A DNA stretch of 64,000 nucleotides from an uncultured Gemmatimonadales bacterium. GTDB lineage: Bacteria; Gemmatimonadota; Gemmatimonadetes; Gemmatimonadales; GWC2-71-9. Made by a program: the position numbers and the translations under genes. The DNA lies in the NCBI GenBank assembly GCA_963830455.1, contig CAWHMT010000001.1, forward strand, positions 179,982-243,981. Direction: 5' to 3'. This document shows, piece after piece, positions 1 through 10,234 of this stretch. The notes under the pieces are model-generated. The model was not told the origin of the DNA, did not search any database, and worked only from the letters and a program-made list of their open reading frames with translations. The stretch's first letter is position 1. Every line of letters starts with the position of its first letter.

Positions 1-236
1 TCGATGTACTTCTCCGGCTCCACGACCATCAGGTGCACGTCGATCGGCTTGTCGGTCAGCGCGCGCAGCGTCTCGATCATGTTCGCGCCGAACGTGATGT
101 TCGGAACGAACCGCCCGTCCATCACGTCGACGTGCAGCCAGTCTGCGCCCGCCTCGAGGACCTGCGCGACCTGCTCCGAGAGCCGCGCCAGATCGGCGGA
201 GAGGACGCTGGGCGCAATGCGCACGCCGTTGGTCAT
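1..236 (-). CDS. rpe: ribulose-phosphate 3-epimerase, 5-prime part (continues past left edge)
   Basis: Minus-strand ATG at 236 gives [58 protein letters not shown]..., a canonical Rpe N-terminus. It has an ATGA overlap with the stop of the PASTA gene. Absent from the ORF track because it is truncated by the window edge. Confidence 0.85.
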   Translation of the reverse strand, partial: MTNGVRIAPSVLSADLARLSEQVAQVLEAGADWLHVDVMDGRFVPNITFGANMIETLRALTDKPIDVHLMVVEPEKYI

Positions 237-991
237 TGCGGGCTCCGAGCGACGACGACGTCCACCACGGTCCCCGGCGCGGCGAGCGTCCCGGCCGCCG
301 GGCGCTGCCCGACCACCGTGCCGGGGGCGGCTTCCCCCGTGCGCCGTCGCGTCACGGTGCCGAGCTGCAGTCCTTCCGTTTCCAACCTGGTGCGCGCGTC
401 CGCGGAGGCCATGCCGAGGAGATCCGGGATCGGAATCGTCGGCGCGCCGCGGCTGACGACGAGCGTCAGGCCCGCACCGGGCGTCAGCGCCGTTCCGGCG
501 GGCGGCCTGGTCATCATCGCGAGCCCCGTCGGCTGCGCCGCCTGGACCGACTCGACCTGGCTCACCGTCAGTCCGGCCGCCGCGACCAGCGCTTGCGCGA
601 GTGACGCTTCCAGATTCGCCACGTCCGGCACCGGAATCTTGGGCGGCCCCGCGCTCGCCACCAGGGTGACCTTCGTTCCTTCGGGTGCGATCACGCCGGG
701 TGGCGGGTCCTGCCAGATCACGACCCCCTGCGCGGCGCTGGGATGCGGCTCGGCGCCGCCATCGGTCACCTGCAGCTTCGATTGTTGAATCTCCGCCTGC
801 GCCTCGACGACCGTCAGCCCGAGGACCCGGGGCACCGCCTGGTGTCCCGGAAGAAACGGAGCAGGGAAGAGCACGAAGTACGCGGTGAAATAGCCTGCGA
901 GGACCACGCCCGAGCCGATGCTGAGCCATTTCCAGAAGCGGCGATCGATCTTGAACCCTTCGATGCTCTCAAAATGCCGTCGCACGCGCAT
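233..991 (-). CDS. membrane-anchored PASTA-repeat protein (no kinase or transpeptidase domain)
   Basis: 252-aa ORF with one TM helix ([21 protein letters not shown]) followed by three ~65-aa PASTA-like repeats ([13 protein letters not shown].., [13 protein letters not shown].., [13 protein letters not shown]..). Start overlaps the rsmB stop and stop overlaps the rpe start. Confidence 0.75.
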   Translation of the reverse strand: MRVRRHFESIEGFKIDRRFWKWLSIGSGVVLAGYFTAYFVLFPAPFLPGHQAVPRVLGLTVVEAQAEIQQSKLQVTDGGAEPHPSAAQGVVIWQDPPPGVIAPEGTKVTLVASAGPPKIPVPDVANLEASLAQALVAAAGLTVSQVESVQAAQPTGLAMMTRPPAGTALTPGAGLTLVVSRGAPTIPIPDLLGMASADARTRLETEGLQLGTVTRRRTGEAAPGTVVGQRPAAGTLAAPGTVVDVVVARSPQ

Positions 992-2325
992 CAGGACGCT
1001 CGGACCAGGCGCGCCGCATAGGCGCCGTCGATACCATGGCGCTGCGGCAATGACTGAAAGTCCCCAGCGGCGGTGAGCAGCTCGGCGGGAATAATTGATT
1101 GGCCACGCGGGGCACGCGCGAAGTCCGGATGCTGATTCAGAAACCGCTCCACAACCTGTTCATTTTCCTCCGGCTCGAGCGAGCACGTGGCGTAGATCAG
1201 CAGTCCGCCGGGGCGCACCAGCGCCGCGGCCGCCTCGAGCAGCCGCGCCTGGCGCTGTGCCGAGCGCGCGAACACGGCGGGATGGAGCCGCCAGCGCGCG
1301 TCGGGATGACGCCGCATCGTTCCGGTTGCGCTGCACGGTGCGTCGACCAGCACGGCGTCGACGCTGCCCGGACGGATCGGCGCCGTCTCAAGATCGGCGG
1401 CGAGGCACCGGATTGCCACTCCCGCGCGGCGCGTCGTGTCCCTCAGCCGCCCCATGCGTTCGTAGCGAGCGTCACCAGCCACCACGCGTGCGCCCAGCGT
1501 CTCCAGCATCACCGCCTTGCCTCCTGGTGCGGCGCAAGCGTCGTATACCAAGGCGTCGGGCGGGATTTGGGCGAACCGAGCAAGCAGCGCGTGAGCGGGG
1601 TCCTGGACGATGAAGGCGCCCGCGGTGAAACCAGGAAGGTCCTTCGCCACCCCGGTTACCCGTACGCCTGCACCGAACGGCGCTTCTTCGGCGACGAGCC
1701 CGCTTTCCCGGAACTGACATATCAACGATTGTGGATATGAGCGCGCCGGCTGCACGATCAGGTCCGGTCTCGAGTCGTTCCACGCGATCAGTCGTTTCGT
1801 CTCGTCTTCACCGAATCGAGCCACCCATCGCGCGACGAGCCACTCGGGATGCGTTCCGACGGAAGTCGGCGATCCCCGTGCTGCGATTTTTCGCAACGCT
1901 TGGTTCACAAAACCCGCGACGCGCTCGCCCACCGTGGCTCGTGCAAGCTCTACGGAGGTCGACACTGCGGCATGCGCAGGGACTCGGCTCAGGAACCGCA
2001 GCTGGTAGGCACCGAGTCGCAGTACGTCGTGGAGGCGGCGATCGGCACGCTCCAGGTCGAGCGCGCTGTCCAGCTCGCGTTGCTGACGGAGGACACCGGC
2101 CGATAGCTCGTACGCGAGCCGGCGATCGCGTTCCGCGAGGCCGGCGAGGTGCCGGTCGCGGGCGGCGTCGAGCGGCGCGCCGGCGCGCACTTCGCGGAGG
2201 ATCTCGAGTGCCGCGCGACGGGCGGCGGTTGCTGCCTTAATCCAGCATCCCCTTGGTGGGGGACGACGGCATCGCCACTTCGCGCCGCGGCATGCGGCCC
2301 GCGAGATACGCGGCGCGGCCCGCAA
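991..2325 (-). CDS. rsmB: 16S rRNA (cytosine-C5)-methyltransferase RsmB/Sun
   Basis: NusB-like N-domain (AALEILREVRAGAPLD) plus SAM methyltransferase motifs (DACAAPGGK, DAPCSATGTMRRHPD, YATCSLEPEENE). The listed ATG at 2325 overlaps thiG by 89 nt and adds an Arg-rich leader that looks non-genuine. The real start is probably near 2241, where only ATT is available. Confidence 0.85.
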   Translation of the reverse strand: MRAAPRISRAACRGAKWRCRRPPPRGCWIKAATAARRAALEILREVRAGAPLDAARDRHLAGLAERDRRLAYELSAGVLRQQRELDSALDLERADRRLHDVLRLGAYQLRFLSRVPAHAAVSTSVELARATVGERVAGFVNQALRKIAARGSPTSVGTHPEWLVARWVARFGEDETKRLIAWNDSRPDLIVQPARSYPQSLICQFRESGLVAEEAPFGAGVRVTGVAKDLPGFTAGAFIVQDPAHALLARFAQIPPDALVYDACAAPGGKAVMLETLGARVVAGDARYERMGRLRDTTRRAGVAIRCLAADLETAPIRPGSVDAVLVDAPCSATGTMRRHPDARWRLHPAVFARSAQRQARLLEAAAALVRPGGLLIYATCSLEPEENEQVVERFLNQHPDFARAPRGQSIIPAELLTAAGDFQSLPQRHGIDGAYAARLVRAS

Positions 2326-3034
2326 TCGTAGCCAGGCGCATCGCGTGGGCCATCGCGACCGGATCCTGCGCCGCCGCGATCGCTGTATTCATCAGTATGC
2401 CATCCACGCCCTGCTCCATCGTCACGCACGCATCGGACGCGGTGCCGACGCCCGCATCCACGATCACCGGCACGTGCAACCGCCGCTTGATCGTGCGAAT
2501 GCTGAGCGGATTGAGGAGGCCGAGCCCGCTGCCGATCGGCGAAGCGAGCGGCATGACCGCGGCGCAGCCGGCGTCCTCGAGCCGCAGCGCAGTCACCAGG
2601 TCTTCGTTTGTATAGGCGAGGACTTTGAATCCTTCCTGCACCAGCACCTTCGCGGCTTCGAGCAGCCCTTGCACGTCGGGAAGGAGGGTCTCTTCGTCGC
2701 CGATGACTTCGAGCTTTACGAAGTCGTTGAAGCCCGCTTCACGCGCGAGCCGCGCGTATCGAATCGCGTCAGCCGCAGTGTAGCAGCCGGCGGTGTTGGC
2801 CAGCAGGAAGAAATGCTTCGGGTCGAGGAAATGCAGGACGCTGCTCTCTTTGGTGCGGTCGAGATTCACCCGCCGCACCGCGACCGTCACCACCTCTGCA
2901 CCGGAGGCCTCGATCGCGCGCACCATCGTGTCCATGTCGGGATACTTCCCGGTCCCGACCAGGAGGCGCGACTGGAACGTGCGCCCACCGATCGCGAGCG
3001 GCTCGTCGCGGATGGTTTCGACTGCTGTCGTCAT
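2237..3034 (-). CDS. thiG: thiazole synthase
   Basis: 265 aa, starting MTTAVETIRDEPLAIGGRTFQSRLLVGTGKYPDMDTMVRAIEASGAEVVTVAVRRVNL, and full-length ThiG-like. Confidence 0.95.
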   Translation of the reverse strand: MTTAVETIRDEPLAIGGRTFQSRLLVGTGKYPDMDTMVRAIEASGAEVVTVAVRRVNLDRTKESSVLHFLDPKHFFLLANTAGCYTAADAIRYARLAREAGFNDFVKLEVIGDEETLLPDVQGLLEAAKVLVQEGFKVLAYTNEDLVTALRLEDAGCAAVMPLASPIGSGLGLLNPLSIRTIKRRLHVPVIVDAGVGTASDACVTMEQGVDGILMNTAIAAAQDPVAMAHAMRLATIAGRAAYLAGRMPRREVAMPSSPTKGMLD

Positions 3035-3079
3035 TCTTCGCCCCTAGTCCCTATCCCTAGCCCCTAGTCCCCACCCCTA
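3035..3079 (-). repeat. G-tract/CTAG repeat element filling the thiS-thiG spacer (quadruplex-prone on the transcribed strand)
   Basis: Minus strand reads GGCGGGGGCTAGGGGTGGGGACTAGGGGCTAGGGATAGGGACTAGGGGCGAAGA-ATG. That is seven G3-5 tracts with 1-4 nt loops and four CTAG. Confidence 0.7.
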
Positions 3080-3277
3080 GCCCCCGCCTACGAAATGCAC
3101 CAGCTCGATCGCATCACCGTCGGCTACCGTCACGTTGCCCAGCCCGGCCCGCCGTACGATGCGCCGATTATGCTCCACCACGACAGCGCGAGGATCGAGC
3201 TCGAGCTCCTTGAGCAGCTCGAGCAACGTCACGCCCGCCGTGATTTTCTTGTTTTCGCCGTTGATCACAACATCCAT
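3077..3277 (-). CDS. thiS: sulfur-carrier protein ThiS
   Basis: 66 aa ending in ..VHFVGGG (C-terminal Gly-Gly), with a ubiquitin-like ThiS pattern. Overlaps the thiE stop. Confidence 0.9.
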   Translation of the reverse strand: MDVVINGENKKITAGVTLLELLKELELDPRAVVVEHNRRIVRRAGLGNVTVADGDAIELVHFVGGG

Positions 3278-3882
3278 TCCCGCATCCTCCGTGCTGCCGC
3301 GGCCGGATCCGCGTCATCCCACAGCGCGCGAATCGCCGCCACGCCATACGCTCCGCTGCTCCGCACCTCCGGGACGCGCTCGACCGTGATCCCGCCGATC
3401 GCGATCACCGGCAGCTCACCGGCCGCCGCCGCGATCGCCTGCAATCCCTTCAGGCCCAGTGCCGCACGTCCCGGGTGCGACGCGGTGTCGAACACCGGCC
3501 CTACAACAAGATAGTCGGGCCCCTCGGTCCTTGCGGCCTCCGTCTCGGCCAAGTCGTGCACCGACCTGCCGATCCACCACAGTGGATTCAGGGCGCGTGC
3601 CGCGTCGACGGGCAGGCTGCCGTGGCCGAGCTGGACGCCGGCGCAGGGCACGGCGAGAGCGACGTCGAGCCGGTCGTTGACGAACAGGCGGACGGTCTGA
3701 CGGTTGGACAGTCTGACGGCGAGGTCGTAATGCTCACGGCCAGTGAGTTGGCGCCCGCGCGCGTGAAACGCCAGCTGTGAGCCGCCTCCCATGGCCAGCT
3801 CGCGTGCTCTGTCTTCGAGATCAGGTCGCCGAGCGATGCGTTCATCGGTGATCGCATGCAGCCGCGGCAGCGGAGGTCTCAC
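3265..3882 (-). CDS. thiE: thiamine-phosphate synthase
   Basis: LHAITDERI.., ..PVIAIGGITVERVPEVRSSGAYGVAAIRALW. I prefer the GTG at 3882 (GTGA overlap with the fmt stop) over the ORF-track start at 3924. Confidence 0.85.
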   Translation of the reverse strand: MRPPLPRLHAITDERIARRPDLEDRARELAMGGGSQLAFHARGRQLTGREHYDLAVRLSNRQTVRLFVNDRLDVALAVPCAGVQLGHGSLPVDAARALNPLWWIGRSVHDLAETEAARTEGPDYLVVGPVFDTASHPGRAALGLKGLQAIAAAAGELPVIAIGGITVERVPEVRSSGAYGVAAIRALWDDADPAAAARRMREWML

Positions 3883-4838
3883 GCGAATTTGGCGCCGGCT
3901 TTGAGGCGCGCGCCGCGCAGCCATTCAGCCGCGGGCATGCGCGGCTTTCCCGCGGACTGCACCTCGAAGATCTCGACGCAGCCGCCGCTCAAATCCTTGA
4001 ATGGGCCGGTCGCAATCACCAGCGAGCCATCGGCGGAGATGACTTCGCCGGGCACGCCGGTGCCTGGGAAGGGCGGCTGCATGACCTTCGGTGTGAACAG
4101 TTTGATCTCTGTGCCCTTCAGCGCGGTCCAGGCGCCCGGGCGCGGGTCGAGGCCTCGAATCAGGCAGCCGATCGCGCGCGCGTCCTTGGTCCAGTCGATG
4201 TGCGCGATCTCGCGCGTGAGCTTCGGCGCGAACGTCACGCGATCCTCTTTTTGCGGCACGGGGGCCGGCGGCGGATCACTCTGCTCCAGCAGCGTGAGGG
4301 TTTCGACGAGCGCCTGCGCGCCCATCTCCGCGAGATGGGCCGACAGCTCGCCGGCGTTCACGTCGGGTCCGATGCGATGCGGGATCTGATGCAGCACGGG
4401 ACCGGAGTCCATGCCGGCATCGAGCTGCATGATGCTGACGCCGGTGGTTTCATGGCCGCGGATGATCGCCCACTCGACGGGCGCCGCGCCGCGGAGCCCC
4501 GGCAGCAACGAGGGATGTAGGTTGACCATCCCGCGCGGGGGCAGCGCCAGCAGGCCGGGCTTGAGAATGTGGCCGTACGCCACGACGACGCCGATCTCCG
4601 GCTGCACGGCGCGCAGCGCGTCCACAAAAGATGGATCGGTCGGCTTTTCCGGCTGGAGCACGAGCAGGTCTTCAGCCTGTGCGGCGATCTTCACCGGCGG
4701 AGGGATGAGCTTCGAGCGGGAGCGGCCCTGCGGCGCATCGGGCTGCGTCACCACGGCGACGACGTCGAACCCTTCGCCGACGAGTGCGCGCAACGACGGC
4801 ACCGCGAATTCCGGTGTCCCAAAGAACGCGACGCGCAC
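3879..4838 (-). CDS. fmt: methionyl-tRNA formyltransferase
   Basis: 319 aa, MRVAFFGTPEFAVPSLRALV.., HPSLLPGLRGAAPVEWAI. It directly follows def. Confidence 0.95.
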   Translation of the reverse strand: MRVAFFGTPEFAVPSLRALVGEGFDVVAVVTQPDAPQGRSRSKLIPPPVKIAAQAEDLLVLQPEKPTDPSFVDALRAVQPEIGVVVAYGHILKPGLLALPPRGMVNLHPSLLPGLRGAAPVEWAIIRGHETTGVSIMQLDAGMDSGPVLHQIPHRIGPDVNAGELSAHLAEMGAQALVETLTLLEQSDPPPAPVPQKEDRVTFAPKLTREIAHIDWTKDARAIGCLIRGLDPRPGAWTALKGTEIKLFTPKVMQPPFPGTGVPGEVISADGSLVIATGPFKDLSGGCVEIFEVQSAGKPRMPAAEWLRGARLKAGAKFA

Positions 4839-5383
4839 TTACAGCTCTCCCGCCGGCTGCGGCGTAACCTCCTTGAGGTATCCCGTCTGCCCTTTGCGGG
4901 CCTTTTTCCATTTGGACAGCAACAGATTCCGCTTGACGGCACTGAGATGGTCGAGAAACAGAATGCCGTCGAGGTGGTCGATCTCGTGCTGGATCGCACG
5001 CGCCTTGTAGCCGTGCGCTTCCGCGCGAAACCGGGTGCCGTCGCGGTCCAGGGCCTCCACCACCACGCGCGCCGGGCGTGTGACGTCGCCGAAGATTTCG
5101 GGAATCGAGAGGCAGCCTTCTTCGGCCGTCTCGTCCTCCTCGCTGCGCTCGACGATCACGGGATTGATGAGCACGAGCGGCGGCGGGTCTTCGTCCCCGA
5201 CGTCCACGACCGCGACCCGCCGCGCGACGCCGATCTGATTCGACGCGAGCCCGACGCCTTTGGCGGCGCGCATGGTCTCGAACAGATCGTCCACGAGCCG
5301 GCGGACCTCGTCATCGACCGTGCGGACCGCGGCCGATTGCTGCCGCAGCACGGGTGAGCCGAGGACGTGGAGCGTGCGAACCG

Positions 5384-5387
<4 letters not shown>
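4839..5387 (-). CDS. def: peptide deformylase
   Basis: 182 aa with EGCLSIP and HEIDHLDG metal-binding motifs. GTG start overlaps the yajC stop (GTGA). Confidence 0.95.
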
Positions 5388-6934
<1,547 letters not shown>

Positions 6935-6936
<2 letters not shown>

Positions 6937-7963
6937 AGATGATGAGCATTGCATCGCCATAAGAATAGAACCGATATCCCTCTTTCACCGCCTCCCGATA
7001 TGCATTCATCACGTGCTCATATCCACCAAACGCGCACACGAGCATCAGCAGCGTGGAGCGAGGCAGGTGAAAATTCGTGATCAAGTGGTCCACGACCTTG
7101 AAGTCGTACGGCGGCCGAATAAACAGGCTCGTCTCTCCCGCGCCGGCGACGACTTCGCCACGCGCATCGACGGCCGACTCCAGCGCCCGGACCACAGTAG
7201 TACCCACACACCACACCCCACCCCCCACGGCTTTGACTTTGTTCACCCAATTCGCGGCACCTTCGGAGACCTCGTAGGCCTCCGGATGCATCACATGCTT
7301 GTCGAGCTCCTCGGTTTCGACCGGCTTGAACGTGCCCGGCCCGACGTGCAGATCGATCGCCGTCACGAACGTGCGTTGCTCGTGAATCTGTGCGAGTAGC
7401 TCGGTCGTGAAATGCAGACCGGCCGTCGGCGCGGCGACGCTGCCGTCGTGGACCGCGTAAACGGTCTGGTATTGGTCCACATCGCCTTTGGTGGGTGCTC
7501 GCTTGATGTAGGGTGGCAGCGGCACCTCGCCGTACTTCTCCAACGTGCCTCGCGCATCGAGGGCGCCGGCGAACCGGACGCGCCGCAGGCCGCCGCCGAG
7601 CACCTCCATGATCTCGACCGTGCTGTCCGCACCGACCGTCACGCGACGGCCGGGCTTGAGCTTGCCACCGGGATGGGCCATCGCCAGCCAGGTTCCGTCC
7701 GCGAGCTCGCGCACGAGCAGGAACTCGGCGTCCTGTCCGCCTTCCCGTTTTCCGCGCAATCTCGCGGGAATCACACGCGAAGTATTGATGACGACCAGGT
7801 CGCCCGGCGGAATCAGCGCCGGCAGGTCGCGGAAATGCAGGTGCCGCGTCCCGCCGGTCTTGCGGTCGAGCACGAGCAGCCGGCTCGCCGAACGATCGGG
7901 GAGCGGATGCTGCGCGATCTGCGCGCTGGGAAGGTCGTAATCGAAATCGGAGAGGCGGTGCAC
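6935..7963 (-). CDS. queA: S-adenosylmethionine:tRNA ribosyltransferase-isomerase
   Basis: 342 aa, MHRLSDFDYDLPSAQIAQHPLPDRSASRLLVL... GTG start overlaps the ruvB stop by 1 nt (TAGTG). Confidence 0.95.
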
Positions 7964-8994
7964 TAACCGTCGAAGATAGTTGCTTGCTCCGCCGATTTTG
8001 GAGGGACAAACCCGAAGTGCCGGTAGGCAGCGGGGGTCGCCACCCGGCCGCGCGGTGTGCGAGCCAGGAAGCCTTGCTGCATCAGGAACGGCTCATACAC
8101 CTCCTCGAGCGTTCCCGGATCTTCGCCGACGGCGGCCGCCACCGTCTGCACGCCGACCGGCCCGCCTTCGAACATCTCGATGATGGCTTTGAGAATCCGC
8201 GCGTCCATGTCGTCGAGCCCGAACTCGTCGACGTCGAGCCGCTTCAGCGCTTCGGCGGCGACGGCGGACGTGATCGTGCCGCCGGCGCGGACCTGCGCGT
8301 AGTCGCGCACGCGCTTGAGGAGGCGATTGGCGACCCGCGGCGTGCCGCGGCTGCGGCGCGCGATCTCGACCACACCGGCTGCATCCGCGGCCACGCCGAG
8401 GATGCCGGCCGAGCGCGTGATGATCTGGACGAGATCGTCGGGCGGATAGTAGTGCAGCCGCTCCACGAGGCCGAAGCGGGCGCGCAGCGGCGGCGTGAGC
8501 AGCCCGAAGCGGGTCGTCGCGCCGATCAGTGTGAACCGCTCGAGCTGCATCGGCAGCGTCTGTGCGTGCGGGCCGTCCGCGATGCGCACGTCCACCCGGT
8601 ACTCCTCCATCGCCGGATAGAGGAACTCCTCGAGCGCGGGCCGCAGCCGGTGCACTTCATCTATAAAGAGGATGTCCCCCGTCTTGAGCGTCGTCAGCAT
8701 GCCCACGAGGTCCCCGGGGCGCTCGAGCACCGGCCCCGAAGTCGTGCGGATGTTGACGCCCAGCTCCTTGGCCATGAGCAGCGCGAGCGTCGTCTTGCCG
8801 AGTCCCGGGGGACCGAAGAACAGCACATGATCGAGCGGCTCTTTGCGTTGCCTCGCGGCATCGATCGCGATCTGGAGCGATTCCTTGACCTTCGCCTGTC
8901 CCACGAACTCGTCGAGGCGCGAGGGACGGAGCGCGGCGTCGGTGAGGCGCTCGCTGTCGAGCGCTTCGGGCGTCGTGATTTCCGCGCGCGTCAT
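7963..8994 (-). CDS. ruvB: Holliday junction branch migration helicase RuvB
   Basis: Internal ATG at 8994 gives [40 protein letters not shown].. with Walker [12 protein letters not shown]. The 50-aa extension to 9144 in the ORF track looks non-genuine and overlaps the zinc-ribbon ORF. Confidence 0.9.
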   Translation of the reverse strand: MTRAEITTPEALDSERLTDAALRPSRLDEFVGQAKVKESLQIAIDAARQRKEPLDHVLFFGPPGLGKTTLALLMAKELGVNIRTTSGPVLERPGDLVGMLTTLKTGDILFIDEVHRLRPALEEFLYPAMEEYRVDVRIADGPHAQTLPMQLERFTLIGATTRFGLLTPPLRARFGLVERLHYYPPDDLVQIITRSAGILGVAADAAGVVEIARRSRGTPRVANRLLKRVRDYAQVRAGGTITSAVAAEALKRLDVDEFGLDDMDARILKAIIEMFEGGPVGVQTVAAAVGEDPGTLEEVYEPFLMQQGFLARTPRGRVATPAAYRHFGFVPPKSAEQATIFDG

Positions 8995-9176
8995 GAGCCT
9001 TCGGGCAGCGCCCGCCACCGCACCGGCCGCGCCTCGGCCTCGATGACGTGCCGCGTGTGGCACTGCACACACGAGTCTTCGGCGGTCGTGACACCCGCAG
9101 GCACCAGGCGCCGGTTCGTGGAGCCGCACCGGGCACAGATCCATTCGGCGGTGATTTCAGCGGCTGGTGTTGTCAT
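8991..9176 (-). CDS. small zinc-ribbon protein (two CxxC pairs) between ruvA and ruvB
   Basis: 61 aa, [65 protein letters not shown] overlaps at both ends (ruvA stop and ruvB start). 48 of 61 codons end in G/C, which is coding-like for this genome. Confidence 0.6.
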   Translation of the reverse strand: MTTPAAEITAEWICARCGSTNRRLVPAGVTTAEDSCVQCHTRHVIEAEARPVRWRALPEGS

Positions 9177-9760
9177 CGTGTCGTGAGAATCTGGAGCGCG
9201 CGACGCACGAGCGCTTCGGTTTCATCGTGGCCATTCCCCGACAAGACCTGGCGGAGCGCGCGATCGGCCTCCGCCATCGGATACCCCAGACGTTCCAGCG
9301 CCTTGAGCGCCGCCTCGGCGCCCGCGGGAACGGCGAGGGACGGCGCGTCCGTGAAATCCTCGACTTTCTCTCCCAATTCCAGCGCGAGACGCTCGGCCGT
9401 CTTCCGCCCGATCCCGCTCACCGAAGAGAGCAGCGCGATGTTCTTCTCGCGCAGCGCGCGCGCGCCGCGCTCGACGCCCAGCGCCGAGAGCAGCGCGATC
9501 CCGATCTTGGGACCCACGCCGGACACTGAGGTCAGACGTTGAAAGAAGCGTCGCTCGGCCTGGTCGAGAAAACCGTAGAGCGCCCAACCGTCTTCGCGGA
9601 CCACCAGCTCTGTCGCGAGGGTCACTTCCGCACCGGCCGCCGGCAGGCGCTCCATCACGCCGAGTGGGACGACGACTTCGTAGCCGACGCCGCCCGCGGT
9701 TTCGATGACGACGCGATCGGCGGACTTCGAGGCCAAACGGCCGCGCACGTGGGCGATCAT
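9173..9760 (-). CDS. ruvA: Holliday junction DNA-binding protein RuvA
   Basis: 195 aa, MIAHVRGRLASKSADRVVIETAGGVGYEVVVP.., HhH motifs (VSGVGPKIGIALL, VSGIGRKTAERL). Confidence 0.95.
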   Translation of the reverse strand: MIAHVRGRLASKSADRVVIETAGGVGYEVVVPLGVMERLPAAGAEVTLATELVVREDGWALYGFLDQAERRFFQRLTSVSGVGPKIGIALLSALGVERGARALREKNIALLSSVSGIGRKTAERLALELGEKVEDFTDAPSLAVPAGAEAALKALERLGYPMAEADRALRQVLSGNGHDETEALVRRALQILTTR

Positions 9761-10233
9761 GAACGAAGAATGTAGGTGAGTGCCGCCGCGACACCGTCAG
9801 CCGCATCGGACGGCTGTGGCGCGCTCTTGAGGCGGAGCAGGTGCGCGACCATCGCGCCGACCTGGTTCTTTCTCGCACCACCGGCGCCGACGACGGTCTT
9901 CTTGATCATCGCCGGTGCGTACTGGGCGATATCGAGGCCCTCTTGTTGCGCGGCCAGGAGAATGACGCCGCGCGCATGACCGAGCACGAGCGTAGTGCGG
10001 ACGTTCTTATGATAGAAAGCGTCTTCGAGGGCGAGGACCGACGGCTGATGGCGCTTGATGAGCTTGGCGATTTCGTGGTGCAGCTCGGCAAGGCGATGGG
10101 GCAGGGAGTTGGTGCGCGCAAACCGGAAGACACCACATTCGATGAGACGTCCCATTCCGGGAGTTCCATTCCCCGTTTCGATCACGCCGTAACCGGTGAC
10201 CGCGGTGCCGGGGTCGACGCCCAGGACCCTCAC
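9757..10233 (-). CDS. ruvC: crossover junction endodeoxyribonuclease RuvC
   Basis: 158 aa, MRVLGVDPGTAVTGYGVIE... 4-nt overlap with the ruvA start. Confidence 0.95.
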   Translation of the reverse strand: MRVLGVDPGTAVTGYGVIETGNGTPGMGRLIECGVFRFARTNSLPHRLAELHHEIAKLIKRHQPSVLALEDAFYHKNVRTTLVLGHARGVILLAAQQEGLDIAQYAPAMIKKTVVGAGGARKNQVGAMVAHLLRLKSAPQPSDAADGVAAALTYILRS

Positions 10234-10234
10234 G

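Noticed and set aside
3882-3924. A possible TPP riboswitch or leader upstream of thiE.
   Set aside because: There is no non-coding space, because the thiE start overlaps the fmt coding end. No THI-box-like sequence is visible.
8995-9144. A 50-aa N-terminal extension of RuvB to the start at 9144.
   Set aside because: The extension ([28 protein letters not shown]..) has no RuvB counterpart. The internal ATG 8994 gives a canonical N-terminus and is ATGA-coupled to the zinc-ribbon ORF in another frame.
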